Shown: positions 17,406 through 27,651 of the stretch, piece by piece
How positions within the stretch are numbered: the stretch's first letter is position 1
How the letters are laid out: every line of letters begins with the position of its first letter
Position numbers and translations under genes: made by a program
The notes under the pieces: model-generated
What the model was told of the DNA's origin: nothing
What the model saw: the letters and a program-made list of their open reading frames with translations, nothing else
Database searches by the model: none
NCBI GenBank assembly: GCA_049966155.1
Contig: JBMFVE010000001.1
Location: 543,831 to 607,830 of the forward strand
Length of the DNA stretch: 64,000 nucleotides
Direction: 5' to 3'
Source: Candidatus Kryptoniota bacterium
Lineage (GTDB): Bacteria; Bacteroidota; Ignavibacteria; Kryptoniales; JAKASW01

Positions 17406-20168
17406 ATGAATTACAAGAGGTTAAATCGCTTAATTGCACTTAGCATATTTTTGTTAACCCTCGTAATGTATGCAATGACCGCACAGTCATCTGTACCTTT
17501 CTGGGATTGTGGCGAATTTGCTGCCACTTCCACAGCCCTTGAGGTCCCTCATCCCCCGGGCGCTCCCCTCTGGACATTGCTTGGACGGCTGGCAATGATG
17601 GTTCCTGTTAAAGTCGATCCGGCACTAAAAATAAATCTCGTCTCCGGCCTTGCAAGTGCCCTAACAATAATGTTTCTTTACCTAATAGCTGTTAGAATCA
17701 TCACAAGATGGAGAAGCTTTCCTTCCGACACATTGTCTTCAGTTATTGTCTTCGGCTCAGCGGCAATTGGTGCATTGACCTTCTCGGTAACCGACACATT
17801 TTGGTTCAACGCTGTTGAATCTGAAGTTTATGCTACAAGCATGCTTTTTGTTTCCAGTGTCGTCTGGCTCGGTTTACTATGGTTTGAAAAAGCCGATGAA
17901 GCGGATAGTGAAAGATACCTGCTGCTCATAGCTTATCTAATGGGGCTTTCAATTGGCGTTCACCAGCTGAGCCTGCTGGCATTTTTTACGGTAGCATTGT
18001 TAATTTATTTCAAATACCATGAATTTGAATTGCGTACTTTTATTTACTTTGGAATTATTACAATACTTTCCTTTGCTGTCATCTACCCTGTTATAGTAGA
18101 ATGGCTTCCTGGCATACTTGACGGTGAAGTGCAAATCGGACCCATTCACATTACAAACAGTGTCATTCTTCAGCTAACGCCGTTAGCTCTTGTTATCCTG
18201 GCAATTTACTGGATCTTTCGCGCTGAAAGGCTGAAACAGAAAATTGTCAGTGTTTCAATCATGGCTGCTCTTCTCGTTGTTCTTGGCTACTCAACCTATA
18301 CTCTTGTACTAATCAGAGCAAATGCTCATCCACCAATAAACGAAAACAATCCAGGCACTTTAACAGATCTGGTAAATTACCTCAATCGTGTCCAATACGG
18401 TGAGCAGCCATCAATTTTCAACAGAAGGTGGGACAAAAATGATCCCCAACATGCACAAAATTATCAGAAGTATGAATCGGATTGGGATTTCTTCTGGAAA
18501 TATCAGTTAAACCATATGTACTTACGTTATCTCGGCTGGAATTTCATAGGGAGAGCAGGTGATATTCAGGACGCACCAGTTGCCTTTATAAAGGCACCCG
18601 CAGGATGGTATGACGGGACAAGGGGTTACCCTGCCCGCTATTTTGGAATCCCTCTTTTTATCGCACTCTTCGGGATCTGGTATCATTTCAAAAGAGACTG
18701 GAAATTTGCTTTTTCATTCCTGGCTATGTTTATTGTTATGGGACTGGCACTTGTTGTCTACTTTAATATGTACGAGCCTCAGCCAAGAGAAAGGGATTAC
18801 TTTTTCGTGGGCTCTTTCTTCGTTATTGCCCTGTGGATATCAACCGGAACTGCCGGAATAGTTGAATCAACAATAGAAAGACTCAACCATCCAGAGCAAA
18901 AGGTTTATGTTGCACTTGTTACAGTGATTGTCCTTTTTGCCTTTTCGCCAATGTGGATGTATGCCCAAAATGAGTACACACATGACAGACGCGGCAACTA
19001 TGTTCCATGGGATTACTCATACAACATCCTGCAATCTTGCAAAAAGGATGCAATACTTTTTACCAATGGTGACAACGACACATTTCCTCTCTGGTATTTG
19101 CAGGAAGTAATGGGAATAAGAACAGACATCCGGATCGTTAATTTGAGTCTGCTTAATACAGACTGGTATATCCTCCAATTAAAAAATGAAACCCCACACG
19201 GCGCAAAGAAGGTTCCGATAAGCATATCTGATAACGACATCAAATCAATTACACCAATTGAGTGGCGAACGACGACCTTTAAATTGCCAGTACCGCCTGA
19301 CGTATTTCATCAATTTGGAATCACTGATACGAACATCATTAACCGCGGCTATGTTGAATACACTGTTCGCCCTACAATTGGAGGTGGCCAGGTCCAGGGT
19401 ATACGGGTACAAGACCTCCTCGTCAAAAACATAATTGAGACCAACAAATGGCAACAGCCGGTCTATTTCGCAGTCACAGTAGCTCCCGATAACTTTGACG
19501 GCTTCGGGCAATATTTACAAATGCAGGGGCTGGCACTTCAATTGACCCCATTGATTCAGCGAGGGCAGAACGAAGATTACCGTATTGACCCTAATATTAT
19601 GAAACAGTGCCTTCTTTACACCCCTGGGACATTTCACAGAGAACCTCATTACGGCTTTCTATTTAGAAATCTTAACAATCCTCACATTTATTATGATGAA
19701 AATGCAAGAAGATTAACGTTAAACTACCGCAACAGCTTTATGCGACTTGCGGCTTACTACCTATCGCACGGTGAAAATCAAAACGCTGTAGCAACTCTTG
19801 ATACAATGGAAGCACGCATCCCAATCAAGGTCATTCCTCTCGATTATAGAATCGTATCTGACATAGCACGACTTTATTTTATGGCAGGTGCAAAATCAAG
19901 ATTTGAAAAATACGCCGTAATCGTGGAGGAAGATGCACGAAAAGCAATTGAACAAAATCCTGCGGATGTGCAAACCCCTTACAATCCGTACAGGATTTTA
20001 CTGGATTTATACGATATGCAGGGTGCATACCAGAAAGAAATCGATTTACTTAAAAAACTGCAGGGGATATTCCCCCAGGAAAGGAGCATTCAGGACCGAA
20101 TATCACAACTTCAAGAATTAATTTTAATGCAGGGAAAAAATCAACCGGATACTGCAGGCAAAAGATAA
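17406..20168 (+). CDS. DUF2723 (TMEM260-like) GT-C-type membrane glycosyltransferase with a C-terminal TPR-like region
   Basis: About 920 aa and polytopic. The N-terminal signature SVPFWDCGEFAATSTALEVPHPPGAPLW is typical of DUF2723. The soluble C-terminal roughly 400 aa ends in TPR-like helices. I prefer ATG 17406 over the TTG at 17355. Confidence 0.75.
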   Translation: MNYKRLNRLIALSIFLLTLVMYAMTAQSSVPFWDCGEFAATSTALEVPHPPGAPLWTLLGRLAMMVPVKVDPALKINLVSGLASALTIMFLYLIAVRIITRWRSFPSDTLSSVIVFGSAAIGALTFSVTDTFWFNAVESEVYATSMLFVSSVVWLGLLWFEKADEADSERYLLLIAYLMGLSIGVHQLSLLAFFTVALLIYFKYHEFELRTFIYFGIITILSFAVIYPVIVEWLPGILDGEVQIGPIHITNSVILQLTPLALVILAIYWIFRAERLKQKIVSVSIMAALLVVLGYSTYTLVLIRANAHPPINENNPGTLTDLVNYLNRVQYGEQPSIFNRRWDKNDPQHAQNYQKYESDWDFFWKYQLNHMYLRYLGWNFIGRAGDIQDAPVAFIKAPAGWYDGTRGYPARYFGIPLFIALFGIWYHFKRDWKFAFSFLAMFIVMGLALVVYFNMYEPQPRERDYFFVGSFFVIALWISTGTAGIVESTIERLNHPEQKVYVALVTVIVLFAFSPMWMYAQNEYTHDRRGNYVPWDYSYNILQSCKKDAILFTNGDNDTFPLWYLQEVMGIRTDIRIVNLSLLNTDWYILQLKNETPHGAKKVPISISDNDIKSITPIEWRTTTFKLPVPPDVFHQFGITDTNIINRGYVEYTVRPTIGGGQVQGIRVQDLLVKNIIETNKWQQPVYFAVTVAPDNFDGFGQYLQMQGLALQLTPLIQRGQNEDYRIDPNIMKQCLLYTPGTFHREPHYGFLFRNLNNPHIYYDENARRLTLNYRNSFMRLAAYYLSHGENQNAVATLDTMEARIPIKVIPLDYRIVSDIARLYFMAGAKSRFEKYAVIVEEDARKAIEQNPADVQTPYNPYRILLDLYDMQGAYQKEIDLLKKLQGIFPQERSIQDRISQLQELILMQGKNQPDTAGKR

Positions 20169-20974
20169 TGAACCTGCATATCAGCAGCACATCCACTGCC
20201 ACCAGAGAGCGAAAGTCGACAAAAGAGCACTGGGAAAATTTTTGGTCAGCAAAAAAACATGTCAACGAAGTTTATTCCAACGCTGATCGTGTGCTGCGCA
20301 ATATCAGAAAAGTTACTGATCTGAAAGGAAAAAGAGTTTTAGAAGTTGGAGCGGGGACGGGAAGAGACAGCTTTGGGATGGTTCGGCTGGGCGCATCGGT
20401 TGTCATGTTAGATTATTCTATGAACTCTCTCAAGATAATAAAAGAACTTGCACGTGAAGAGCAAATAGATGTTTTCGCTGTTGATGGAAATGCATTTTCC
20501 CTCCCCTTCCATGATGAAACATTTGACATTGTTTTCCACCAGGGATTATTGGAACATTTTCGTGAAAAAGATGCTGAATCACTGATAAGAGAAAACGTGC
20601 GGATTCTCAAACAGGGGGGGCTACTTCTGGTGGATGTTCCGCAGCGTTACCATATTTACACAATACTGAAACATATTCTGATTGCAATGAACAAATGGTT
20701 TGCCGGCTGGGAGCGCGAATTCTCAATCGGCGAACTTGATAGATTTCTGAGGTCTGCTGGCCTGCAGATTATTTACCGATACGGCGAATGGATGTACCCG
20801 AGTTTGTTTTATAGGGTTATCAGAGAAATTCTCATAAAAGCTGGTATAAGGCTCCCACTTTATCCGAAGCTATCCCGGCTGACCTCTGGCATACGCTACA
20901 AGCTTAGGAATAAATTTTCTAGCAGCCTTTCTCTTTATACAGGCATTTCGATTGGGGTTATAGCAAAAAAATGA
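20168..20974 (+). CDS. Class I SAM-dependent methyltransferase
   Basis: 268 aa. SAM motif I VLEVGAGTGRDS and a post-I acidic residue (MLDYS). The start overlaps the upstream stop (TAATG). Confidence 0.8.
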   Translation: MNLHISSTSTATRERKSTKEHWENFWSAKKHVNEVYSNADRVLRNIRKVTDLKGKRVLEVGAGTGRDSFGMVRLGASVVMLDYSMNSLKIIKELAREEQIDVFAVDGNAFSLPFHDETFDIVFHQGLLEHFREKDAESLIRENVRILKQGGLLLVDVPQRYHIYTILKHILIAMNKWFAGWEREFSIGELDRFLRSAGLQIIYRYGEWMYPSLFYRVIREILIKAGIRLPLYPKLSRLTSGIRYKLRNKFSSSLSLYTGISIGVIAKK

Positions 20975-21001
20975 TATTCCACCTCTAATCTATCAAGTCA
21001 A

Positions 21002-22135
21002 ATGAAAATTCTGGTTATAAACTGGCAGGATATTAAAAATCCATCCAGCGGGGGTGCCGAAGTACACATGCATCAAATATTCTCGAGACTTGCCAAACGT
21101 AACCACGAAGTTACAATACTCTGTTCAGCATTCCGAGATGCCCCGAAAGATGAATTTGTTGACCATATTCGAATAGTTCGACGAGGTAACAGAAACTTGT
21201 TTAATTTCTATGTTAAGGAGATGTACCGTCAGCTGCAACGAGAATATAAATTCGACATTGTAGTGGATGACCTGAACAAAATTCCATTTTTTACTCCGAC
21301 TTTCATAAGGGGGCCACTTGTGACAATCGTACATCATCTTTTCGGCAAAACAATTTATAAGGAGACGAATCCTTTTTTTGCTAGCTACGTATATGCAGCT
21401 GAGAGCTTGATCCCTATTATATATAAAAAAGTCCCATTTGTTGCCGTCTCCGATAGCACGAGAAAGGAATTGATTGACAAAGGCATTCCGCAGGAAAGAA
21501 TCGAAATAATCTCAAATGCTGTGGATCCCACAATTTACAACACCATTGCTCTCCCATCACCGTCTGCAAACAGGCAAATCATCGGTTATGTTGGAAGAAT
21601 TAAGAAATACAAGAGTGTTGACCACTTAATAATCGCATTTTCAAAAATCGCAAACCAGTTTCCACAAACTGAAGTAACTATTGTAGGGGATGGAGATAAT
21701 ATTGATATGTTAAAAACACTTACTCTAAAACTTGGATTATCTTCAAGAGTAACATTTACAGGTAAAGTAAGCGAAGAGGAGAAGGTTAGATTATTAAGGC
21801 AGATGACATTTCTCGTCAATCCATCTGCAAAGGAGGGGTGGGGATTGACTGTCATTGAAGCAAATGCGTGTGGGAAAACTGTCATTGCTGCGAACGTACC
21901 TGGACTGAAAGATAGTGTGCTGGACAATCGCACAGGACTGCTTTACGAATACGGAAATATCGAATCACTTGCAAATAAAATGAGAGAGCTTATTACAAAT
22001 CAAAATCTCCGCGTGCGACTTGAAGAGGAAGCAATAAGATGGGCTGCTAATTTCACCTGGGAAAATTCCGCCGATAAGATGGAAACTTTTTTAGAAAAGG
22101 TGATTGCACAGCATTCACGTCGGTCAGACTCCTGA
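21002..22135 (+). CDS. Glycosyltransferase family 4 (GT-B)
   Basis: 377 aa. C-terminal EX7E-type motif EGWGLTVIEANACGKTVIAANVPG. Lies 27 nt downstream of the methyltransferase. Confidence 0.85.
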   Translation: MKILVINWQDIKNPSSGGAEVHMHQIFSRLAKRNHEVTILCSAFRDAPKDEFVDHIRIVRRGNRNLFNFYVKEMYRQLQREYKFDIVVDDLNKIPFFTPTFIRGPLVTIVHHLFGKTIYKETNPFFASYVYAAESLIPIIYKKVPFVAVSDSTRKELIDKGIPQERIEIISNAVDPTIYNTIALPSPSANRQIIGYVGRIKKYKSVDHLIIAFSKIANQFPQTEVTIVGDGDNIDMLKTLTLKLGLSSRVTFTGKVSEEEKVRLLRQMTFLVNPSAKEGWGLTVIEANACGKTVIAANVPGLKDSVLDNRTGLLYEYGNIESLANKMRELITNQNLRVRLEEEAIRWAANFTWENSADKMETFLEKVIAQHSRRSDS

Positions 22136-22150
22136 CACTTGTTAAACAAT

Positions 22151-22176
22151 GAGCCTTCCGGGAATTCGGAAGGCTC
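22151..22176. terminator. Bidirectional hairpin terminator between convergent genes
   Basis: GAGCCTTCCG-GGAATT-CGGAAGGCTC is a perfect 10-bp stem. TTCTTTT follows on the plus strand and ATTGTTT on the minus strand. Confidence 0.7.
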
Positions 22177-22241
22177 CAGGTTCTTTTAACTGTTATTACT
22201 TGTTTAGAAAGCGCAGTTTACCGGTGCACCGTTGCCTGGTT

Positions 22242-24935
22242 TTACTTAGGCACAGGCCCTTCGGTCACCTCCACAAAGTCATCCGGTCTTAACCATTTCT
22301 TGAAAGCTGCCTGCACATCGTTAGCATTAAGCTTCACATAATTTTTAGCTGCAATTGTCGGTTCATTTAAAGGCAAGTCATGAGTTGATCTATATAGCAA
22401 GCCATTAGCAATTCCACCAAGGCTCGATTCGGAGAGGGGAATTTCTCTTAATAAAGCGGCCTTCGCTTGCTTAAGCTCATCTTGAGACACCAGGGAAAAT
22501 TGCATTTGTTTCAAATCGCGAATTATAATATTTCTTGCCACAGATACCTTGTCTGGATCACAACCATAATGAACCGAATAGGTTGATCTCGTTTGCCCAA
22601 TGTCAAATGTGGAAGAAACATAATACACAAGACCCGTCTTTTCCCTGAGATCTTGGTAAAGACGGGTTGCGTAAAACGCCCCACCCAACACATGATTGCC
22701 AAGCTGAAGAGCATAATAGTCAGGATTTGACCTGACGAGTCCCAGTGTTTCAGAAAGCGTCACTTTGTCCTGTACTCTGCTGATGTCCGGCACATTCACA
22801 CTCGCAGGTTTATTTAGTGGAACAGGGGGTAACAAAGTACCTGGTTTCTCCCCTTCTGCTTTCCAGCTTCCAAAATATTTCTTCACCACATCCTTTACAC
22901 TGTCCGGATCAATTTTTCCAACAACCACAATTGTAGTTTGATCAGGACGAAATACATGGTTGTAAAAAGCCTTTACATCATCCAGACTCAATCCGGAAAC
23001 GGTCGCAGGCGTAGTTTCCCGAAGTGTTGGATCATCATCGGGATACAGAGCCCTTTTCAATGCTCGATTCATTAAATAGTCAGGACTTTCCAGCTGGCCG
23101 GCAACAGCGGCCGCCGTCTGTCTTTGAACAACTTTAAACGCAGTCTCTGGCAGCGCAGGATGGAGCAAATTGTCCGCAAGCAGTGCCATGCCGCTATCAA
23201 AACGATCGGCCAGGACATTTAAAGAAAAGTCGGTCCCTGCTGATTCATCTGCGCCGATATCATCAAGGGCTTTCTGAAAGGCAACCCTGTCGAGGGACAG
23301 AGTGCCATATTCAAATAAACGGCCCAGCACATTTGCCACCCCGTCTTTTCCCTTCGGGGTTTGAAGATAAGGCTCGTTCTTAATGTGTCCGACTACCGTA
23401 ACTGTATTGCTAACCGACTCAGGCTGAAATATCAGAGTCAATCCATTTGAGAGCTTTAAAACTTCTGGATTGACATTTGACTTTGGCACTTCGAGACGGC
23501 GGAGAGCTTTTTCAGCCCAGCTGGGCAGTTTTACATATTTGGTTTCTTTTGGGGCAAAAGACTCTCTCCCGCCAAAGGAAGCGGTCGAAATGGGTTTTCC
23601 TGAGGCCTGAGGGCTCAGAATTGCAGTGATGCAATGATTAAAATCCAGATAACGCTTAGCAACCCTATTCACATCTTCTACTGTAACCTTTTTTATGGCG
23701 TCCAGGTCGTCTTCGGGCGATTGACGCCCCTCAATTGCCACCGCATCGGACCAAACTGATGCTAACCCCGACACGGAGTTCTTTTGAAACTCTGCAGCAG
23801 CTATCTCGTGACGCTTTGCAGCTTCGACCAGATCAGCTGATACTCCGTTCCTTACAATCTCTTCGAGAACACCTCGCACATCCTGCAAAAGAGAGTTTGT
23901 GTTGCTTCCCTTCGGAAAAACCGCAACTGCATAGCCGAGCCCCGATTTTACAAATCCCCCGAATGCAAATCCAGCGTACAACGCCTTACCTTGAGGAACG
24001 AGGGAATATAAACTGCCCCGCTGGTTACTTAATACATCTGCAAGCACCTGAGCTGCCGCATAATCTGGACTATCTGACCCAGGAAACCTAAATGATATAA
24101 CCACAAACCCATAAGGATAGTCTGTAGTTAAATTTAAGGTGTCAGAAACAACCGGTTGAAAATCGAACTGAGGCCGTTGTGGAATCCTGCCGGGCGGTAT
24201 GGCACCAAAAAGTTCTTTCACTTCCTGAAGTGTTTTTTCAGGCTGAACATCACCAACAATAACAAGCACTGCATTGTTAGGCACATACCATTTCTTATGA
24301 AACTCCTGCAGCATTGCGGCAGTAGTGCTGTCAAATGATGCACGTGTGCCAAGGGCATCATGAGCATAGGGTGTTCCTTTAAACATTGCTTCAAGAAGCT
24401 TCGTATAAAACACATACTGCGGATTGGACATGTCCTGTGCAACTTCCTGCTCAATTGCGCCTCGCTCCTGATTCCATAAAGAATCATTCGCAGCTATACT
24501 CTTCATCCTGATAGCCTCAATCCTCAAGGCAACATCCAGATAATCAGAGGGAACCGTAAAAAAATACTGGGTAACCATTTGCTGAGTGTCAGCATTGAAG
24601 TCACCACCTAAAGCAGCAGATATATTTGCCAGTTGTGCAGCAGAGAGTTCATCGCTCCCCCGAAACATCATATGCTCAAGTGCATGGGCAGTACCGGGAA
24701 AACCTTGCGGCGCTTCATCAGAGCCCACAAGATAATTTATCTCTGTCGTCACAACGGGGGAAATTGCATTACGAACAATCACAACACGCATTCCATTACT
24801 GAGAGTGTCCTTCAAAACATCTCTGTTGCTCTGAGCTAGAACTGCTATTGAAAAAATAAGAATGCCCACTAATGCAAACATTGGATGAAGTCCCCTCTTT
24901 ATCCCCTTCATAAGCGAAATTAACCCAATCATCAT
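22242..24935 (-). CDS. Tandem-domain M16 (pitrilysin/insulinase) family zinc peptidase, secreted
   Basis: 897 aa. N-terminal signal or TM segment. HxxEH zinc site in GTAHALEHMMFRGS. The second M16-like half lacks HxxEH. Confidence 0.85.
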   Translation of the reverse strand: MMIGLISLMKGIKRGLHPMFALVGILIFSIAVLAQSNRDVLKDTLSNGMRVVIVRNAISPVVTTEINYLVGSDEAPQGFPGTAHALEHMMFRGSDELSAAQLANISAALGGDFNADTQQMVTQYFFTVPSDYLDVALRIEAIRMKSIAANDSLWNQERGAIEQEVAQDMSNPQYVFYTKLLEAMFKGTPYAHDALGTRASFDSTTAAMLQEFHKKWYVPNNAVLVIVGDVQPEKTLQEVKELFGAIPPGRIPQRPQFDFQPVVSDTLNLTTDYPYGFVVISFRFPGSDSPDYAAAQVLADVLSNQRGSLYSLVPQGKALYAGFAFGGFVKSGLGYAVAVFPKGSNTNSLLQDVRGVLEEIVRNGVSADLVEAAKRHEIAAAEFQKNSVSGLASVWSDAVAIEGRQSPEDDLDAIKKVTVEDVNRVAKRYLDFNHCITAILSPQASGKPISTASFGGRESFAPKETKYVKLPSWAEKALRRLEVPKSNVNPEVLKLSNGLTLIFQPESVSNTVTVVGHIKNEPYLQTPKGKDGVANVLGRLFEYGTLSLDRVAFQKALDDIGADESAGTDFSLNVLADRFDSGMALLADNLLHPALPETAFKVVQRQTAAAVAGQLESPDYLMNRALKRALYPDDDPTLRETTPATVSGLSLDDVKAFYNHVFRPDQTTIVVVGKIDPDSVKDVVKKYFGSWKAEGEKPGTLLPPVPLNKPASVNVPDISRVQDKVTLSETLGLVRSNPDYYALQLGNHVLGGAFYATRLYQDLREKTGLVYYVSSTFDIGQTRSTYSVHYGCDPDKVSVARNIIIRDLKQMQFSLVSQDELKQAKAALLREIPLSESSLGGIANGLLYRSTHDLPLNEPTIAAKNYVKLNANDVQAAFKKWLRPDDFVEVTEGPVPK

Positions 24936-25105
24936 CCTGAAACCTCCTTTCAGTTATAGTTAACTTGCCGAAAAGATTTCAATATTTTCCAAAATAATCA
25001 ATACAGCTGTTGCAGGTGTCAAATGCTGGTCAATCAAATTGTTTTCCGGACTAATTTTGCAATGTTGAATTGAAAAACTACATACATCTACTTACATTTT
25101 TTATT

Positions 25106-27619
25106 ATGAGAACAACTATAAGATCATTATTTATATTTGCAATAATGGCAGGTAATGCAATTGCACAGACCTCTTCCGGAACAATTACAGGGACAGTTCA
25201 CGATGTGATTCCACAAATTGAAACCGGAGTGAAGGTGCAGCTCCTAGAAATGAATAGCCATGCTGTTATTCAAGAATCAAGTGTAAATCCGGATGGGTCG
25301 TTTTATTTAAGGGATGTTCCCTTTGGGATCTACACACTCAGGATCACTTACGATTCGGATGTACTTGCCGCAAGGGAAGTCTATGTAAGAACGGCGGTCC
25401 CGATTTTTGTCAACATTGAGAAACTTTCAGAATACCGGACACCTGAGGTAGTGGTCACAGCTAACAGATCACAAATAATGGACTTTCAGCAAGGATCGAG
25501 GACCATTTTCACGGCAAAGTCAATTGATAACTTACCTCTGGCTATCGGTAACAAGAAGATAGAAACCATCCTTCTCAACACACCTGGTGTTGTTCCTGAT
25601 GAAGATGGCAGACTGCATGTGCGTGGGGAGGATGCACAGCTTCAATATGTCGTTGATGGTATACCAATCACTGAAAACATGACAAGGGTTTATTCCAGCT
25701 TATTTAATGCCGGTTTAATAAAAGCAGTAAATGTCCAAACTGGCAGTCTTCCTGCAGAATATGGCATAGAGGCGTCTGCAGTACTGGCAATTACTACAAA
25801 ATCTGGATTTGACAAACCTTTATTTGCCAATGCAGGGGCATCTTATGGCTCATTCAATAGCCGCAGTGCAAACATAGAAATCGGCGGCAACGTTAACGAA
25901 AGGACCGCTGCCTATTTTAATTTCAACACTTTTTCCACAAATCGCTATCTCGACCCTATTACCGAAGGCCAGCCTAATCACGATAATGGCTCTTCATACA
26001 ACTACTTTGGGAAGTTTACCACATTTCTGGAGCAAAATGTTAGCCTGGATTTGATCTCAATGTACAACGAGACTTACTACCAAATTCCAAATGCCCTTTA
26101 TAAGATTCCGGAACAAAACCAAGTTCAAAACCTGGACGACTATTTGATAGGGGTTCGGCTTAATGCAACTCTGTCAGATAACTCTTTGTTAAGTTTAGTT
26201 ACATACCACCGCAGGGCTCAGGCAAGAATTACAAGCGGTGGTCTGATTCAATTAACGCAGGCGGATTACGCTGAAGCCATCGCACAAAATGAAAGATACT
26301 TCATCGGTGGGGACAGGGTCGATCAGATGACAGGATTTCAAGCTGAGTTTTCAGCAAAGTCACAATGGATGGGTACATTAAATGACTTTAAAAGCGGAAT
26401 TGGCGTTCAGATATATCCACTAAGCGAATTTTTCACGTTTGCAGTTACAAATCCGCTTTTGTCAGATTCTACAAGTCCCATTGGTGACAGTAGGTTTCTT
26501 CCTTATGATATTACGAAAGGGGGCAAACCTTTCCTGGTCAACCAATCAAGAACAGGCCATAATTATTTTGTATATGCCCAGGATGAGTTTAATTTAAACA
26601 GATGGATTTTCAATGTGGGAATGCGGTTTGACGCATTTAACCTTTTCCTGAACGAAAGTGCTTTTTCACCAAGGTTAAATATTACTTACAGTGTCAATCC
26701 ACACCTCGCCCTTTCGTTTTCCTATAACCGAATTGTCATGCAGGCACCTGTCGAAAATATACTTGTGTCGAGCTCGGAACAGGCCAGGCAGCTATCCGGC
26801 ATTCAGCAGGGAAATGTTCCAACAGAAGTTCGAAGCGAGCGATCACACGTTATTCAGCTGGCAGGAACGTACAAAATTAACAGCAATTTGAGCTTTGATT
26901 TGACAGGATATGGGAAGTATATCAGTGACTTCCTTGTCGAAGTGGAGCTTGGAAATTCAGGAGTTATTTTCCCTGTAAACCTTAAGAAAGGATTCGTTGT
27001 CGGTGGAGAATTCCGCTCCGTTTTACATGATTGGAACGGCTTCTATGCATCCCTTAGCCTCAGCACCTGCGTCTCGCGTGGTATCGTCCCGGGTGACGGC
27101 TCATCTCCTATTGCTGCTGGATTGATTATCGGCGAGGAGGGGAAAAATTATTCCCACCCATTCTCGGGCGAAGACACATTTCCGACTGAACACAATCAAC
27201 TTTTTACAGCTGTTTTGAATTTAGGCTATCGTGGTTCAAAAGGATTCTTTGCAAGCGTTGACGGGCGCCTTGATTCTGGACTTCCTTTTGATCTGGTTGG
27301 CCCTGATGGACGCGGACTCGATGCGGAACAGTCTCGTCAGCTTCTCTTAGCGCGCGGTTATAGTGAAAGGGTTATTAACTTACTAAACCTGACACCAGAA
27401 TCACCGGGTTCACCGGACAAATCAGTTGCTCCTCATGCGGTTGTGGATGCAATGGCAGGGTATGATTTTTCACAAATGCTTAACGCCCCTGTTACGTTCA
27501 CTGTAAGTGTTCTGAACGTTTTTGATACCCTCTTTCTTTATAAGTTTGAATCAACTTTCGGAGCAACTCATTTTGGATATCCCAGGATGATTAACATTAC
27601 GATGTCTGTAAAAGTCTGA
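25106..27619 (+). CDS. TonB-dependent outer-membrane receptor with a carboxypeptidase-regulatory-like N-domain
   Basis: Signal peptide MRTTIRSLFIFAIMAGNAIAQ. CarbopepD_reg-like segment (GTITGTVHD...GSFYLRDVPFGIYTLRI). Plug motifs (TPGVVPDEDGRLHVRGEDAQLQYVVDGIPI) and a long beta-barrel. I prefer ATG 25106 over the TTG at 25070. Confidence 0.8.
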   Translation: MRTTIRSLFIFAIMAGNAIAQTSSGTITGTVHDVIPQIETGVKVQLLEMNSHAVIQESSVNPDGSFYLRDVPFGIYTLRITYDSDVLAAREVYVRTAVPIFVNIEKLSEYRTPEVVVTANRSQIMDFQQGSRTIFTAKSIDNLPLAIGNKKIETILLNTPGVVPDEDGRLHVRGEDAQLQYVVDGIPITENMTRVYSSLFNAGLIKAVNVQTGSLPAEYGIEASAVLAITTKSGFDKPLFANAGASYGSFNSRSANIEIGGNVNERTAAYFNFNTFSTNRYLDPITEGQPNHDNGSSYNYFGKFTTFLEQNVSLDLISMYNETYYQIPNALYKIPEQNQVQNLDDYLIGVRLNATLSDNSLLSLVTYHRRAQARITSGGLIQLTQADYAEAIAQNERYFIGGDRVDQMTGFQAEFSAKSQWMGTLNDFKSGIGVQIYPLSEFFTFAVTNPLLSDSTSPIGDSRFLPYDITKGGKPFLVNQSRTGHNYFVYAQDEFNLNRWIFNVGMRFDAFNLFLNESAFSPRLNITYSVNPHLALSFSYNRIVMQAPVENILVSSSEQARQLSGIQQGNVPTEVRSERSHVIQLAGTYKINSNLSFDLTGYGKYISDFLVEVELGNSGVIFPVNLKKGFVVGGEFRSVLHDWNGFYASLSLSTCVSRGIVPGDGSSPIAAGLIIGEEGKNYSHPFSGEDTFPTEHNQLFTAVLNLGYRGSKGFFASVDGRLDSGLPFDLVGPDGRGLDAEQSRQLLLARGYSERVINLLNLTPESPGSPDKSVAPHAVVDAMAGYDFSQMLNAPVTFTVSVLNVFDTLFLYKFESTFGATHFGYPRMINITMSVKV

Positions 27620-27651
27620 TTTTAACTTTCACAATTAGCAGATTGCGCATA

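Noticed and set aside
20614-20620. G7 homopolymer inside the methyltransferase of the putative glycosylation operon, considered as a phase-variation switch
   Set aside because: An equally long G7/C7 tract occurs in essential proS (16435-16441), so tracts of this length occur by chance here. Seven G is also below the length usually associated with efficient slipped-strand switching.
25052-25059. TAATTTTG, which matches the Bacteroidota -7 promoter consensus (TAnnTTTG), upstream of the TonB-dependent receptor gene
   Set aside because: It is a single AT-rich octamer with no convincing -33 element at the right spacing. It is also unknown whether this lineage uses that promoter type. It is too weak to report as a feature.
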